Positions 20,102 through 30,671 of a stretch of 64,000 nt of DNA are shown one piece after another. The DNA comes from a candidate division WOR-3 bacterium. Its GTDB lineage: Bacteria > Hydrothermota > Hydrothermia > B15-G9 > WFZT01. Position 1 is the first letter of the stretch, and each line of letters starts with the position of its first letter. The position numbers were made by a program, and so were the translations under genes. A model generated the notes under the pieces. It was not told the DNA's origin, did not search any database, and was given only the letters and a program-made list of their open reading frames with translations. The stretch lies in assembly GCA_027053075.1 (NCBI GenBank), contig JALUEE010000033.1:64001-128000 (forward strand), read 5' to 3'.

Positions 20102-20548
20102 CTATTTTTTCTTAACTTCAACCTTTAGCTCGACTTCGACCTCAGGATGAAGTTTAATTGGCACATAATGGGTTCCAAGTGACTTAATAGGCTCTTCAAG
20201 TTTAATCATTCCTTTCTCCACCTCAGTTATGCCTTTCTTTCTCAGGGCTGAGAGAATGTCAACTGAGCTTACCGCACCAAAAAGCTTGTCTTCCTCACCA
20301 GTTTTTACCTCGATGGTTAGAGAAGTATTTTTGATTTTGTTTGCAAGTTTTTCCGCCTTCCTTTTTGCTCTCTCTGCCTTCATTGTAAGGAGTTTCTGCT
20401 CGTTCTCAAAAGCCTTGATATTGGATGGTGTAGCAGGGATTGCAAGCTTTTTCGGGATCAGGTAGTTTCTTGCAAATCCATCGGAAACGTTGACCACATC
20501 TCCTCTTTTACCAACTCTATCCACGTCTTCTCTAAGAATTACTTTCAT
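20102..20548 (-). CDS. rplI: 50S ribosomal protein L9
   Basis: [21 protein letters not shown]; start corrected to ATG 20548. Confidence 0.97.
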   Translation of the reverse strand: MKVILREDVDRVGKRGDVVNVSDGFARNYLIPKKLAIPATPSNIKAFENEQKLLTMKAERAKRKAEKLANKIKNTSLTIEVKTGEEDKLFGAVSSVDILSALRKKGITEVEKGMIKLEEPIKSLGTHYVPIKLHPEVEVELKVEVKKK

Positions 20549-20561
20549 ATCTCCACTCCGT

Positions 20562-20792
20562 TTAGATGTAATAGGCTTCGACAAACGGCAGAAGAGCCAT
20601 TATCCTTGCCCTTTTAATAGCACGTGAAAGCTGACGCTGATGATAGGCACATGTGCCTGTGGTTCTGCGTGAGAGAATCTTACCCCTTGCTGTGAGGTAT
20701 TTTCTTAATCTCTCAACGTCCTTGTAATCAATCTCTTTGATTCCTTCTCTGCAAAATTCACAGCTATTTTTTCTAATCTTGTTTTTTGCCAT
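20562..20792 (-). CDS. rpsR: 30S ribosomal protein S18 (Zn-binding C+ form)
   Basis: CEFC..IDYKD..GKI..TG.C..HQR..AIKRAR. Confidence 0.98.
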   Translation of the reverse strand: MAKNKIRKNSCEFCREGIKEIDYKDVERLRKYLTARGKILSRRTTGTCAYHQRQLSRAIKRARIMALLPFVEAYYI

Positions 20793-20807
20793 GGTAAAGC
20801 ACCTCCT

Positions 20808-21236
20808 TTAAAAGGGTAAGTCGTCCTCGTTGGGCTGGGTCTCAGGTGGAATCTCATCAGATATCGGCTCGTAAGTTTCACCCTGGACACCCATTTTCTC
20901 AAGCATCTGAACAGTTCTTGCAATCACCTCAATGGTTTTCCTCTTCTGACCCATGCTGTCTTCCCACGTTCTTGATTGAAGTCTTCCCTCAACCACAACG
21001 GGACTTCCTTTTGTAAGTTTATCGTTAATACGTTCCGCCAGTGCACCCCAGGCAGTCACGTTGATAAAGAGAGTGTCTTCCTGCCATTCTCCTGCCTGAT
21101 TTTTATAGTTTCTTGAGACTGCCAGTCCGAATTTACACACCGCGCGACCGCTTGGTGTATATCTCAATTCAGGATTGGCAGTCAAACGTCCTGAAAGGAT
21201 TACAAGGTTGATACTTGGGACTTTAATATCAGCCAT
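20808..21236 (-). CDS. ssb: Single-stranded DNA-binding protein
   Basis: N.V.L.GRL..PELRYTP.G; acidic DDLPF tail. Confidence 0.97.
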   Translation of the reverse strand: MADIKVPSINLVILSGRLTANPELRYTPSGRAVCKFGLAVSRNYKNQAGEWQEDTLFINVTAWGALAERINDKLTKGSPVVVEGRLQSRTWEDSMGQKRKTIEVIARTVQMLEKMGVQGETYEPISDEIPPETQPNEDDLPF

Positions 21237-21535
21237 TATTTAACTTCACCCCTCTTGATTATCATGCCCCTCATGAGGTTTTTATTGAATCTAAACTCCT
21301 TACGAAGGGCATCTGGTAGGGAAGGCTCGCCGGTGAAGTAATACACGGCGTAATAGCCTTCGTTCTTTTTATTTATCGGGTAGGCAAGCTGTCTTTTACC
21401 CCATTCGTCGATCTTTTCCAGCTCTCCACCATTTTCCTCGATGATATTTTTGAGTGTATTGATTGTGTTACCAATCTCTTCATCTGGTATATCCGGGTCA
21501 ATTATGACCATCATTTCATAGCTTCTCTTCCTCAT
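21236..21535 (-). CDS. rpsF: 30S ribosomal protein S6
   Basis: YE.M.I..P, WGKRQLAYPI.K..EGYY. Confidence 0.97.
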   Translation of the reverse strand: MRKRSYEMMVIIDPDIPDEEIGNTINTLKNIIEENGGELEKIDEWGKRQLAYPINKKNEGYYAVYYFTGEPSLPDALRKEFRFNKNLMRGMIIKRGEVK

Positions 21536-21606
21536 TTTACCTCCTTGGACCTGATTTTTTTGTTTTAATCAGGGACGCCTGCGCTTATGGAGGCGTCTTC
21601 TGATTG
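21536..21606 (-). promoter_or_regulatory. Structured rpsF leader, candidate S6:S18 autoregulatory RNA
   Basis: Minus strand GACGCCT..AGGCGTC and CCTGATT..AATCAGG hairpins then GTCCAAGGAGGT; an upstream CCTCC could alternatively pair with the SD; promoter TTGAAA-17-TAATAT just upstream. Confidence 0.5.
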
Positions 21607-21643
21607 GGTTCTTATATTATTTTAAGTGCTGATAATTTTCAAG

Positions 21644-21683
21644 TTTAGGGGGCGGAGGCGCGAAGCGCCTCCGCCCCACTAAA
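21644..21683. terminator. GC-rich hairpin after hppA
   Basis: GGGGCGGAGGCG-CGAAG-CGCCTCCGCCCC immediately after the hppA stop. Confidence 0.65.
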
Positions 21684-21685
21684 TC

Positions 21686-23746
21686 CTAAAATACTATTCC
21701 TCTCAACCAAACAATAAACGGTGCAAAAACCAGTGATACAATAGCCATCAGCTTCAGCAAGATGTTCAATGAAGGACCGGCTGTATCCTTGAATGGGTCT
21801 CCTACAGTGTCTCCTTCAACTGAAGCCTTATGGGCATCTGAGCCCTTTCCACCGCGGTTTCCAGCTTCAATCCACTTTTTCGCGTTGTCCCATGCAGCCC
21901 CTGCATTTGCCATGAAGATTGCAAGAGGAACACCCACTGCAAGTGAACCGGCAAGGAATCCACCAAGCGACTCAAGGCCGAGGATAAATCCAACTACGAG
22001 AGGCGTAAAGAAGGCGACTACACCGGGAGTGATCATTTCTTTCAATGCGCCCTTTGTAGTAATATCCACAATCTTTGCATAATCAGCTCTCACACCTTCC
22101 TTACCTTCGAGAAGTCCTGGGATCTCTCTCCACTGACGGCGAACTTCCTCAACCACATACTGGGCTGTCCTTCCCACTGCTTTCATCACCGCAGCAGAGA
22201 AGTAGAAGGGGATCACTGCGCCTATGAAGATTCCTGTAATTACGCGGGCGTCAAGAATATCAAGCACGAACTTCGATACATGTAAAACATTCTGAGCATT
22301 CTGGGAGAATGCGGCAAATAGAGCAAGTGCTGTCAGTGCAGCAGAGCCAATGGCAAATCCTTTACCGATTGCGGCAGTTGTATTACCCGCAGCATCGAGC
22401 TCATCGGTAATTGCCCTGACTTCACTCGGCAGTCCTGCCATCTCTGCAATACCACCTGCATTGTCAGCTATTGGACCGTAGGCATCCACAGAAACTGTAA
22501 TTCCTGTAATGGAAAGCATTCCTATTCCTGCAAGGGCCACACCGTAGAATCCAGAAAGTCCCGCTGCGTTTCCTACATAGAAAGCCACATAGATGGATAT
22601 CGCGATAGCGATTAGAGGAACTACCGTACTCATCATTCCAGTTGCAAGGCCGGCGATAATGTTGGTTGCAACTCCAGTCTCAGAAGCCTCTGCAATAGCC
22701 TCTATTCTTTTACCTGTTGTATAAAATTCTGCGACATATCCGATCAATATACCGGTTGCTAATCCAAAGAGCACAGCCCAGAAAAGGATAAATCCTCCCA
22801 TCACGTATTTGATGGCGATAGCGGCACCCACAGCAAAAAATATTCCGGCGAACACGGTAGTTCTGAGCAATGCACCCTGTGGATTGGATTTAACCCCTTT
22901 GATAAAGTAGATTCCAAATATAGAGGCCAGAATACCAATAGATGCGAGGATAAATGCAAGTGCTACTCCTTTTGTGCTTCCAAGTGTTGCTGCGATAACC
23001 ACAGCTGAAAGAATTGATCCCACATAAGATTCGTAGAGATCAGCACCCATTCCGGCATCATCACCAACGTTGTCACCGACATTGTCCGCAATAACTGCAG
23101 GATTACGAGGGTCGTCTTCTGGTATGCCTGCCTCAACCTTACCCACGAGATCAGCTCCGACATCAGCGGCCTTGGTATAAATTCCACCACCGACCCTTGC
23201 GAAAAGGGCCACACTGGATGCTCCCATAGAGAATCCTGCGAGGACTGTTGCAGCAGCGGAGTTGGTCTTAAAAATAGCAAGGAATATGATATAAAGAATG
23301 GAAAGCCCCAGAAGTCCGAGACCGGCCACAGACATCCCCATGACCGTTCCACCATAGAAAGCTAAGGCAAGGGCCTCTGAAAAACCCCGTTTCATAGCGG
23401 CAGCAGCAGTTCTTGCATTTGAGCTCGTAGCTACTTTCATTCCGAAGTAACCAGCCGTAAGAGAAAGCGTTGCTCCCACGAGATAGGCGATAGCTGTGGC
23501 AAGAGCCATGGAGAATCCAAGCTGAGCGCTAAGACCAATCAAAAGGAGAATTACCACAACAACGATAAATATGCTGATGGAGCGGTATTCTCTTCCAAGA
23601 AAAGCCATTGCGCCTTCCTGAATGTATCCCATTATCTGGCGCATTTTCTCTGTACCAGCATCCTTGGATGTCACAAGCTTTGCCATATAAAAGGCAAAAA
23701 GTATCGCAATTACAGCTGCTATAGCCGCAATCCAGAATGGACCCAT
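21686..23746 (-). CDS. hppA: Membrane-bound ion-translocating pyrophosphatase, probably K+-dependent Na+-PPase
   Basis: [64 protein letters not shown] Glu in TM6. Confidence 0.95.
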   Translation of the reverse strand: MGPFWIAAIAAVIAILFAFYMAKLVTSKDAGTEKMRQIMGYIQEGAMAFLGREYRSISIFIVVVVILLLIGLSAQLGFSMALATAIAYLVGATLSLTAGYFGMKVATSSNARTAAAAMKRGFSEALALAFYGGTVMGMSVAGLGLLGLSILYIIFLAIFKTNSAAATVLAGFSMGASSVALFARVGGGIYTKAADVGADLVGKVEAGIPEDDPRNPAVIADNVGDNVGDDAGMGADLYESYVGSILSAVVIAATLGSTKGVALAFILASIGILASIFGIYFIKGVKSNPQGALLRTTVFAGIFFAVGAAIAIKYVMGGFILFWAVLFGLATGILIGYVAEFYTTGKRIEAIAEASETGVATNIIAGLATGMMSTVVPLIAIAISIYVAFYVGNAAGLSGFYGVALAGIGMLSITGITVSVDAYGPIADNAGGIAEMAGLPSEVRAITDELDAAGNTTAAIGKGFAIGSAALTALALFAAFSQNAQNVLHVSKFVLDILDARVITGIFIGAVIPFYFSAAVMKAVGRTAQYVVEEVRRQWREIPGLLEGKEGVRADYAKIVDITTKGALKEMITPGVVAFFTPLVVGFILGLESLGGFLAGSLAVGVPLAIFMANAGAAWDNAKKWIEAGNRGGKGSDAHKASVEGDTVGDPFKDTAGPSLNILLKLMAIVSLVFAPFIVWLRGIVF

Positions 23747-23748
23747 AT

Positions 23749-24327
23749 CTATACCTCCCTGTTAATTTTTTTCGAATTTATAAAATTTATTGCCTTCATC
23801 GGGGATTCCTCAACGTAAATTTTTATCCCCTCATATCCAACCGGGAAAACTTCGGTGCGCAGCACCTCAATTTCCTCGTTAGTAAACTCGCTCAAAACGT
23901 AGTCCCTGAGCCTTAAACCTTCAGGCCGTCCGATGCCAATCCTGAGACGAGGTACCTCTTCCGTTCCAAGCTCCATAATCACTGACGCAAGTCCATTATG
24001 AGACCCCGCTGAACCCTTTAATCTTAACCTCAGCCTGCCAAAAGGTAAATCGGCATCATCCAGAACAACGAGCATCGACTCCAGGTTATTTATTCCATAC
24101 TGTTCCACAATCTGTTTTACGGCGATTCCGGAAAGATTCATAAAAGTCGTGGGTTTAACCAGCACAAATCTTTCGCCTTCGCCAATGTAAAAATCACCTC
24201 GTCCCGGCTTAAATTTAATTTCTTCTCTGTAAGCAACGTAATCAAGAAAGAGCCATCCCGCATTATGGCGGGTGTATGCATATTCGCTTCCAGGATTGCC
24301 AAGTCCAATAACGAAGAGTCTATCCAA
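23749..24327 (-). CDS. pth: Peptidyl-tRNA hydrolase
   Basis: GLGNPG..Y..TRHNAG, KP.TFMN.SG, HNGL.S, RLRIGI. Confidence 0.97.
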   Translation of the reverse strand: MDRLFVIGLGNPGSEYAYTRHNAGWLFLDYVAYREEIKFKPGRGDFYIGEGERFVLVKPTTFMNLSGIAVKQIVEQYGINNLESMLVVLDDADLPFGRLRLRLKGSAGSHNGLASVIMELGTEEVPRLRIGIGRPEGLRLRDYVLSEFTNEEIEVLRTEVFPVGYEGIKIYVEESPMKAINFINSKKINREV

Positions 24328-24960
24328 TTACTCCTTCTTCTCTTCCTCAGCTTCTGCTGCACCTTCCTCGGTGGCCGCTTCTTCTGTAACCTCTTCCTCA
24401 ACCACTCCCTTCTTGGGTGCAAGCACTGTCACAATTGGTGTATCAGGTGGCTCGAGAATTTCAATATCCGGGTCGAGCCCAAGGTCTTTTATGTGGATAG
24501 AATCTCCAATTCCCAGATCAGAAATATCTACCTCAATGTGAGGGATAGACTTACTCGGCACTACATAGATGGTGAGTTCTCTTGTGATGTGCTCTACCAG
24601 TCCACCAAGTTTCTCGCCCTTTGCCTCGCCTTTGAGGATCACAGGAACCGTGAGCTCGATCTTTTCACCAGCGTAAGCAATCTGGAAATCCACATGCAGG
24701 GGTTTGCCGTAAAGTGGATCCCGCTGGATCTCTTTGATAAATACCTGCTTCTCTTCACCGTCCAGCTTCACTGTAATGAGCTGAGTCTCTCCATGGATTT
24801 CTGCGAGAAAGTGCTGGAAATCCTTAAGATTAACCTTCACGGGATAGTTTTCACCAGCGTGTCCGTAGATGACACCGGGAATATATCCGCTCCGTCTTAG
24901 CTTTTTAACTCTGGAAGTGCCGAACTCTTCCCGCTTTTCAACCTTCAATACTCTTGCCAT
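24328..24960 (-). CDS. rplY: 50S ribosomal protein L25 / Ctc
   Basis: LRR.G.IPGVIYG, HVDF, beta domain and acidic tail. Confidence 0.96.
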   Translation of the reverse strand: MARVLKVEKREEFGTSRVKKLRRSGYIPGVIYGHAGENYPVKVNLKDFQHFLAEIHGETQLITVKLDGEEKQVFIKEIQRDPLYGKPLHVDFQIAYAGEKIELTVPVILKGEAKGEKLGGLVEHITRELTIYVVPSKSIPHIEVDISDLGIGDSIHIKDLGLDPDIEILEPPDTPIVTVLAPKKGVVEEEVTEEAATEEGAAEAEEEKKE

Positions 24961-24978
24961 TTATTTCTACCTCCTATA

Positions 24979-25917
24979 TTAGATGAATACTTGACTTACG
25001 GACCTTTCTTCGTGGATTCTCAAGATGACATCCGCAAGTAATTCTCCGATTGAAAGGGAAACTGCCTTCTCGGGCCAGTTATCCCCTCTGGGTAACGTAT
25101 TGGTTACCCAGACTCTCTCAATGGGGCTCTCATCAATAATCGACTTTGCCCCTTTAGAAAAAACACCATGTGTTGCAATTGCACATATATCAACGGCTCC
25201 CTTCTCTCTGAGGGCCACGGCTGCTTTTGCAAGGGTGTTACCCGTGTCTATAATGTCATCCACCAGCACAACCCTTTTCCCCTCAACCTCACCGATGATG
25301 TGGACAACTTCGGCCACGTTGGGCTGAGGCCTTCTTTTATCTATCAAAGCAAGCTGGAGGTTACCCAGCCTTTTTGCCACGGCCCGCGCCCTTTTCACAC
25401 CACCTACATCAGGTGAAACCACAATATGTGTCTCCGGTGAAAGCTGGGTGATGTATCTTCTGAAAACAGGGGTCGGAAAAATATTATCCACAGGCACATC
25501 AAAAAAGCCCTGTATCTGCTCAGAATGAAGATCGATGGTCAAAACCCTATTTGCTCCTGCGCGCTCAATAAGATTTGCCACGAGCTTGGCCGATATAGGG
25601 ACTCTCGGCTGATCTTTCCTGTCCTGCCTCGCATATCCAAAATAAGGAATGACAGCAGTTATCCTCGCCGCTGAGGCCCTCTTTGCGGCATCAATCAAAA
25701 GCAGGAGCTCCATCAAATTGTCAGCAGGCGGGTTGGTTGACTGAATGATAAAAACATCGTGCCCACGTATATTCTCTTTGATCTGGACCTTTATCTCACC
25801 GTCGTTGAAGCGCGAAACCTCAAGCTCAGTTGGCCTGATATCCAGAAACCTCGCAATTTCTTCTTTCAAATACTTCGAAACATTCCCTGATAATAACTTA
25901 ATATCTCCTCGCATCAT
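24979..25917 (-). CDS. prs: Ribose-phosphate pyrophosphokinase
   Basis: F.DGE, PYFGYARQDRK, DLH..QIQGFF, VDDIIDTG.T. Confidence 0.98.
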   Translation of the reverse strand: MMRGDIKLLSGNVSKYLKEEIARFLDIRPTELEVSRFNDGEIKVQIKENIRGHDVFIIQSTNPPADNLMELLLLIDAAKRASAARITAVIPYFGYARQDRKDQPRVPISAKLVANLIERAGANRVLTIDLHSEQIQGFFDVPVDNIFPTPVFRRYITQLSPETHIVVSPDVGGVKRARAVAKRLGNLQLALIDKRRPQPNVAEVVHIIGEVEGKRVVLVDDIIDTGNTLAKAAVALREKGAVDICAIATHGVFSKGAKSIIDESPIERVWVTNTLPRGDNWPEKAVSLSIGELLADVILRIHEERSVSQVFI

Positions 25918-25969
25918 GGAAAAAATCTCCCTGGAAGTGCCTTAATTTTAATTGTAGTGGTAGGTTAAA

Positions 25970-27826
25970 TCAATATTTGATGAATCTGGTAAATTTTTTA
26001 TCCACCTTCAGGAAATAAACACCTGGGGCAAGGTGAGAAACATCTATTTGCCGCGTCATTCCGTTTGCAGAAATCAATCGCCTGCCATTTGATGAATAGA
26101 CAGCAGGATTTTTTACCGGATATCTAAATAAAATGGCATTTCTCACAATGTTACTGATTAGTGGATGAAAGGTATTTTGTCTTTCTTCAACCGAAACAGA
26201 TTGGGAACCATAGAAGATTTCCACAAACTCGTAAATATATGCATGGGTGGAATCAGCATCGCTCATCTCAGAAATACCGAGAAAATTGCCGTTACCATTA
26301 AATTCCACACTCCCGGGGGTTGCATCATGCCAGTCAACCACGCTCCAGGACCCCGTGCTTGAAGCATTTCCGTTAAAATCCACCCGCTCGTAAGCATGCC
26401 CCCTCGCCACTGAAACAGTAGGTCCATCAACAGTATCACCGTCAGCGTTCACCAGTGTGAAGGTTTCTCCTCCATTAATTTTTGGTATACTGCCTCCAGA
26501 ATTGATATACACAACGTTTTCCGATAGAGTAACTCCCCAGAAACTCTCAAAATCACTTTTGTTGGTATCCCTTGCGATAATCAAAACAGAATTGTACGGA
26601 AGCTCTACATTACCGAAGATGTACTCGATATGACTGTTTTCCTGAATTAATCTCCAGTTCTCAAGATTCAGGTTCCCACTTGGATATCCGGTGACATACT
26701 GGAAGGTATCGCTCAGGACAACGCCACTGTCCACTTTGTAAGCCTTGACGAAAAAGTTCACTGTATCAGGTGAGCCTGTGGGAGGAATGACAAATTTTGC
26801 TGTACTTGAATCAGACCAGAATGACGGCTCTCGCACCCAGCTTGTTCCATCAAAAGTGTAAAAAATAGTATCAGCGACACTTAAAAAGTTGTAATTGGCC
26901 GTGACAATCACACTATCCTCTGGAGTTGGGCTCAAGGGAGTGAAAGTAACCGTTATCAGATCATTTGATTCGCTTGCAAGCCAGAGGGTTGTATTCAGAA
27001 TAGCGTAATTATTTTGCACTCCACTCTCGTTCCACCCATCATATAAATGGTTACCAGGGTTGCCTGTACCGTCATCGGCAGGTGAACTATCGGTAAGTCC
27101 GGCAATCTTTCCATTACCATAACTACCTGTTGTGAGAAAAACATAGGTGGTGCCCTGAGAGGCGTCGCTCTTCCAGACATGGCCTTGAAGAGTGGGATTA
27201 ATAGACCTCCGAAGTGTCATCACAGTAGCAGCATAAAATGACATGCCGTGAACTGTTCCAACAGGGCCGTTGGTTATAGGGTCATCCGGAGCTGTGGATA
27301 CATTGAATGTCCTATCACTTACTGAATTTGCTGGATCACCGGTGACGTTAAAATGTATCCCAAAATAATCCTCAAATAGATTCCAGATGTGCGGTGAATC
27401 CCACCCATTTCCGTTCCTATCAGATGCGTTGTGGTCAGCAACCATGAAAAGTGCCCCGCCATTCCTCACATACTGGAGGATAGCGTTCATCTCTTCACTT
27501 GAAAATGGGACCTGGGGCTCGCAAACCACGAATACGTCAAAATTTGACAGATCAAGGTCGTTTGTAGGGTCATTGTATGTAATCCTTCCCCAGGGCGGAA
27601 GTGTAACGACTTCGTGGCCCATGGAATGGAGATCAAATCCCCAATCAGAGATTCCACCGATCCAGTCATCACCATTTGATGGATTTGGCGGCTGAGGATA
27701 GGGGAAATCATTATCTATCATCCAGTCCGCGTTGCCCGCATCTTCTTCCTTGGTCATGTCAAAGAGTATCCTTGCGGGGAACGCCTGTCCGACGACTAAA
27801 ACAAATATTAGTAGCAACTTCTTCAT
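25970..27826 (-). CDS. Secreted protein: GATase-like N-domain, lamin-tail-like domain, T9SS-type C-terminal domain
   Basis: Signal peptide; LFD.TK.E.AGNADW, EP..F...E..AI..YV.NGG.LF..ADH; C-terminal IDVSHLAPGVYFLKV..KFTRFIK. Confidence 0.72.
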   Translation of the reverse strand: MKKLLLIFVLVVGQAFPARILFDMTKEEDAGNADWMIDNDFPYPQPPNPSNGDDWIGGISDWGFDLHSMGHEVVTLPPWGRITYNDPTNDLDLSNFDVFVVCEPQVPFSSEEMNAILQYVRNGGALFMVADHNASDRNGNGWDSPHIWNLFEDYFGIHFNVTGDPANSVSDRTFNVSTAPDDPITNGPVGTVHGMSFYAATVMTLRRSINPTLQGHVWKSDASQGTTYVFLTTGSYGNGKIAGLTDSSPADDGTGNPGNHLYDGWNESGVQNNYAILNTTLWLASESNDLITVTFTPLSPTPEDSVIVTANYNFLSVADTIFYTFDGTSWVREPSFWSDSSTAKFVIPPTGSPDTVNFFVKAYKVDSGVVLSDTFQYVTGYPSGNLNLENWRLIQENSHIEYIFGNVELPYNSVLIIARDTNKSDFESFWGVTLSENVVYINSGGSIPKINGGETFTLVNADGDTVDGPTVSVARGHAYERVDFNGNASSTGSWSVVDWHDATPGSVEFNGNGNFLGISEMSDADSTHAYIYEFVEIFYGSQSVSVEERQNTFHPLISNIVRNAILFRYPVKNPAVYSSNGRRLISANGMTRQIDVSHLAPGVYFLKVDKKFTRFIKY

Positions 27827-27849
27827 GATAGGGGGTCAATTTTAAGGGA

Positions 27850-28701
27850 TTACACCTCCACATTCAAAAGACGACGCGCAAGAACTCCAATAACGAAGGA
27901 AACAAGGGCGACGCCAAAACTGATTAATAGCATCTCGGCGAAGAGTTTGCCAAAATCTTCTTCTTTGACCACTGAAACAAAAAACGTGAAAAGGAGAATT
28001 ACAACGAAGGCATCAAATAAGGACCAAAGCAGCGCAAAATAGGCGTTGTGAATGAGGAAAAAAGGCAATATCAAAAGAGCCACTGTGATAATGTAGGCTA
28101 TGCCTGTATAAATGGCGGCCTTTGCAGGGCTTTTACCGGACTTCTCTGATTTCTCGGAGAGGTATTCCGAGGCGGCCATAGAAAGGGACGCTGCGATACC
28201 CGTGATCAATCCAGCAATCCCCACAATACTTGTATTCCTCAGGGCAAACGTAAGACCTGCAAGAGTCCCTGTTAGCTCCACAAGTGCATCGTTCAGCCCA
28301 AGAACCATGGAGCCAATGTAACCGATCCTCTCTTCTTCAAGCATGGCAATGAGCCTGTCTTCGTGAGTCTGCTCCTCCTGTAGCATCTTTTTCGCCTCCG
28401 GTACCTCATCGAGAACGGACTCGTATCCCACCTCGGCCTTTTTCTCGGATAACTCCATCATTTTGACCACAAACGTATAGCCCAGTATCAGGGCCAGCAA
28501 CTTCATAAACAGTGTGCTAAAGAAAGGCGGTTTTACATCCTCCCCGGTGTATTTTCTGAGTATCCTGTAGTGATTCAACTCCTCCTGCGCTATTCTATCG
28601 AGTATCCTGGAATTTTTCTCATCGGCGTGTTGAGCGAGGAACTTATAAATCACATGGCCCTGAATCTCAGCCTTCTGGAATTTCAAAAGCACATCTTTCA
28701 T
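27850..28701 (-). CDS. VIT1/CCC1 family iron transporter with N-terminal rubrerythrin-like domain
   Basis: E..H diiron motifs (EELNH, EEQTH), then LGLNDALVE, SMAASEYLS and TM segments. Confidence 0.9.
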   Translation of the reverse strand: MKDVLLKFQKAEIQGHVIYKFLAQHADEKNSRILDRIAQEELNHYRILRKYTGEDVKPPFFSTLFMKLLALILGYTFVVKMMELSEKKAEVGYESVLDEVPEAKKMLQEEQTHEDRLIAMLEEERIGYIGSMVLGLNDALVELTGTLAGLTFALRNTSIVGIAGLITGIAASLSMAASEYLSEKSEKSGKSPAKAAIYTGIAYIITVALLILPFFLIHNAYFALLWSLFDAFVVILLFTFFVSVVKEEDFGKLFAEMLLISFGVALVSFVIGVLARRLLNVEV

Positions 28702-28756
28702 ACCTGAATAAATTAAAATCCCGCCCCCGTCTTATCAATGAAAGTAAGGTGGTAAT

Positions 28757-28778
28757 TTTGAATAATTCCAATTATAAT
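28757..28778 (+). promoter_or_regulatory. Possible PerR/Fur-type box adjoining the SOR -10 element
   Basis: TTTGAAT-A-ATTCCAA 7-1-7 imperfect inverted repeat followed by TATAAT (28773-28778). Confidence 0.35.
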
Positions 28779-28801
28779 AAACTTAAAAAGGAGGTTGAGT
28801 C

Positions 28802-29197
28802 ATGAAAACATTCGGAGAATTAATTCAAACAGCTGATTGGAAGACCGAGAAGCACGCTCCAGTCTTTGACCTTCCAGAGAAGGTCAAAAAGGGTGAGAAG
28901 GTAATGATCACCGTTTCCGTGGGTAAAGAAATTCCACACCCAAACACAACCGAGCATCACATCGAGTATATCGAGGTCTTCTTCCTGCCCGAGGGCGAGG
29001 CAAAGCCACTCCACGTTGGCAGGTTTGAATTTGCCGCTCATGGTGCGTCAACTCAAGGTCCCAACACGAGCACGGTTTATGCAGAGCCAATTGTGGCCTT
29101 TGCCTTTAAAACGGAGAAGCCGGGCACATTCTACGCATTCTCATTCTGCAACATTCATGGACTCTGGGGCGGAACAGCTGAACTGAAAGTCGAATAA
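28802..29197 (+). CDS. sor: Superoxide reductase (neelaredoxin-type, class II SORL)
   Basis: EKHAP, HP...HHI, CNIHG iron ligands. Confidence 0.93.
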   Translation: MKTFGELIQTADWKTEKHAPVFDLPEKVKKGEKVMITVSVGKEIPHPNTTEHHIEYIEVFFLPEGEAKPLHVGRFEFAAHGASTQGPNTSTVYAEPIVAFAFKTEKPGTFYAFSFCNIHGLWGGTAELKVE

Positions 29198-29205
29198 AAT
29201 TTTCA

Positions 29206-29240
29206 TGTGAGGGGGCGCCGCGGAGCGGCGCCCCCTCACA
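29206..29240. repeat. GC-rich palindrome, near-identical to 30630..30662 in inverted orientation
   Basis: TGTGAGGGGGCGCCG-CGGAG-CGGCGCCCCCTCACA. Confidence 0.7.
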
Positions 29241-29270
29241 AAACATCAAAATCCCTCAAAGGAGTAAAAA

Positions 29271-29435
29271 ATGAAAAAGTACAGATGCACAATCTGTGGG
29301 TATGTCTATGACCCGGAAAAGGGTGACCCGGACAACGGCATTGAGCCGGGAACCCCGTTTGAAGAACTGCCTGATGACTGGACATGCCCACTTTGCGGAG
29401 CAGAAAAAGAAGAATTTGAGCCTGTGGAGGAGTGA
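29271..29435 (+). CDS. rub: Rubredoxin (54 aa, not in ORF track)
   Basis: [62 protein letters not shown]. Confidence 0.97.
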   Translation: MKKYRCTICGYVYDPEKGDPDNGIEPGTPFEELPDDWTCPLCGAEKEEFEPVEE

Positions 29436-29437
29436 AA

Positions 29438-30625
29438 ATGGCCATTTTTAAGGTTAAAGATAACGTGTACGAAGTTGGAGCGATTCACTGGGACAGAGCT
29501 ATTTTCGATGAACTCATTCCACTGCCCCATGGAACATCCTACAATTCATACCTTATCAAGGGCTCGGAGAAAACAGCGCTTATAGATACCGTTGACCCGG
29601 ACACACTGGAGCAGCTACTTGCAAACCTGCACCATCTTAAAGTTGAGAAAATCGACTACATTATCTCCAGTCATGCAGAGCAGGACCACTCAGGTGGTAT
29701 TCCGGAGCTTCTTAAGCTCTACCCTAAAGCGAAGGTCGTTACAAACGCCAAGTGTAAAACGTTCCTTATGGACCTCCTTCATATTCCGGAGGACAAATTC
29801 ATAGTTGTCGGTGATGGAGAAAAGCTTTCCCTCGGTGATAAGACCCTCGAATTTATCCTTACCCCCTGGGTACACTGGCCCGAGACCATGACTACCTACC
29901 TGGTGGAAGACAAGATCGCATTCACCTGCGACTTCTTTGGTTCACATCTTGCAACGACCAACATGCTGATCGAAGAAGACCCTGTTGTTTTAGAAGAGGC
30001 CAAGAGATATTACGCAGAGATCATGATGCCATTCCGCCGCCAGATTGCAAAGAATATCGCCAAGCTGGAAGAGCGGGAAATTGAAATTATTGCGCCGAGC
30101 CACGGACCTGTTTACCTCAAGCCTCAATTTATCATCAGCGCCTACAAAGACTGGATTGACGAGAGTAAGGTAACAAACACAGTGATTCTGCCATATGTCT
30201 CCATGCACGGCAGCACAAAGAGAATGGTGTGCCATTTCATCGATGCCCTTGTAAAACGCGGAATCCATGTTAAGCCCTTCAACCTCACGAAGGCGGACCT
30301 TGGCCAGCTTTCCATTGCACTTGTGGACGCAGCGACTCTTGTTGTGGGAACTCCAATGGTACTTGCCGGTGCCCATCCAGCTGCAATTTACGGAGTCTTT
30401 CTGGTCAATGCTCTGAAGCCCAAGATTAAATACGCATCCTTTATTGGTTCCTACGGCTGGGGTGGAAGAATGCTCGACCAGATGAAGGCCTTGCTCACAC
30501 AGATTAAGCCAGAAATTCTGGAGCCTGTGGTGGTTAAAGGGAATCCAAGGGCTGAGGATTTCAAGAAACTGGACGAGCTTGCGGATAAAATTTTAGAAAA
30601 GCATAAAGAACTTGGAGTAATTTAA
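29438..30625 (+). CDS. fprA: Flavodiiron protein (FprA, class A)
   Basis: GTSYNSY, H.EQDHSG, HWPE, DFFG.H, PSHG, flavodoxin SMHGST and GSYGWGG. Confidence 0.95.
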   Translation: MAIFKVKDNVYEVGAIHWDRAIFDELIPLPHGTSYNSYLIKGSEKTALIDTVDPDTLEQLLANLHHLKVEKIDYIISSHAEQDHSGGIPELLKLYPKAKVVTNAKCKTFLMDLLHIPEDKFIVVGDGEKLSLGDKTLEFILTPWVHWPETMTTYLVEDKIAFTCDFFGSHLATTNMLIEEDPVVLEEAKRYYAEIMMPFRRQIAKNIAKLEEREIEIIAPSHGPVYLKPQFIISAYKDWIDESKVTNTVILPYVSMHGSTKRMVCHFIDALVKRGIHVKPFNLTKADLGQLSIALVDAATLVVGTPMVLAGAHPAAIYGVFLVNALKPKIKYASFIGSYGWGGRMLDQMKALLTQIKPEILEPVVVKGNPRAEDFKKLDELADKILEKHKELGVI

Positions 30626-30629
30626 TTCT

Positions 30630-30662
30630 TGAGTGGGGCGCCGCTTCGCGGCGCCCCACTCA
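30630..30662. terminator. GC-rich hairpin after fprA
   Basis: TGAGTGGGGCGCCGC-TTC-GCGGCGCCCCACTCA. Confidence 0.65.
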
Positions 30663-30671
30663 CTTATTTCT

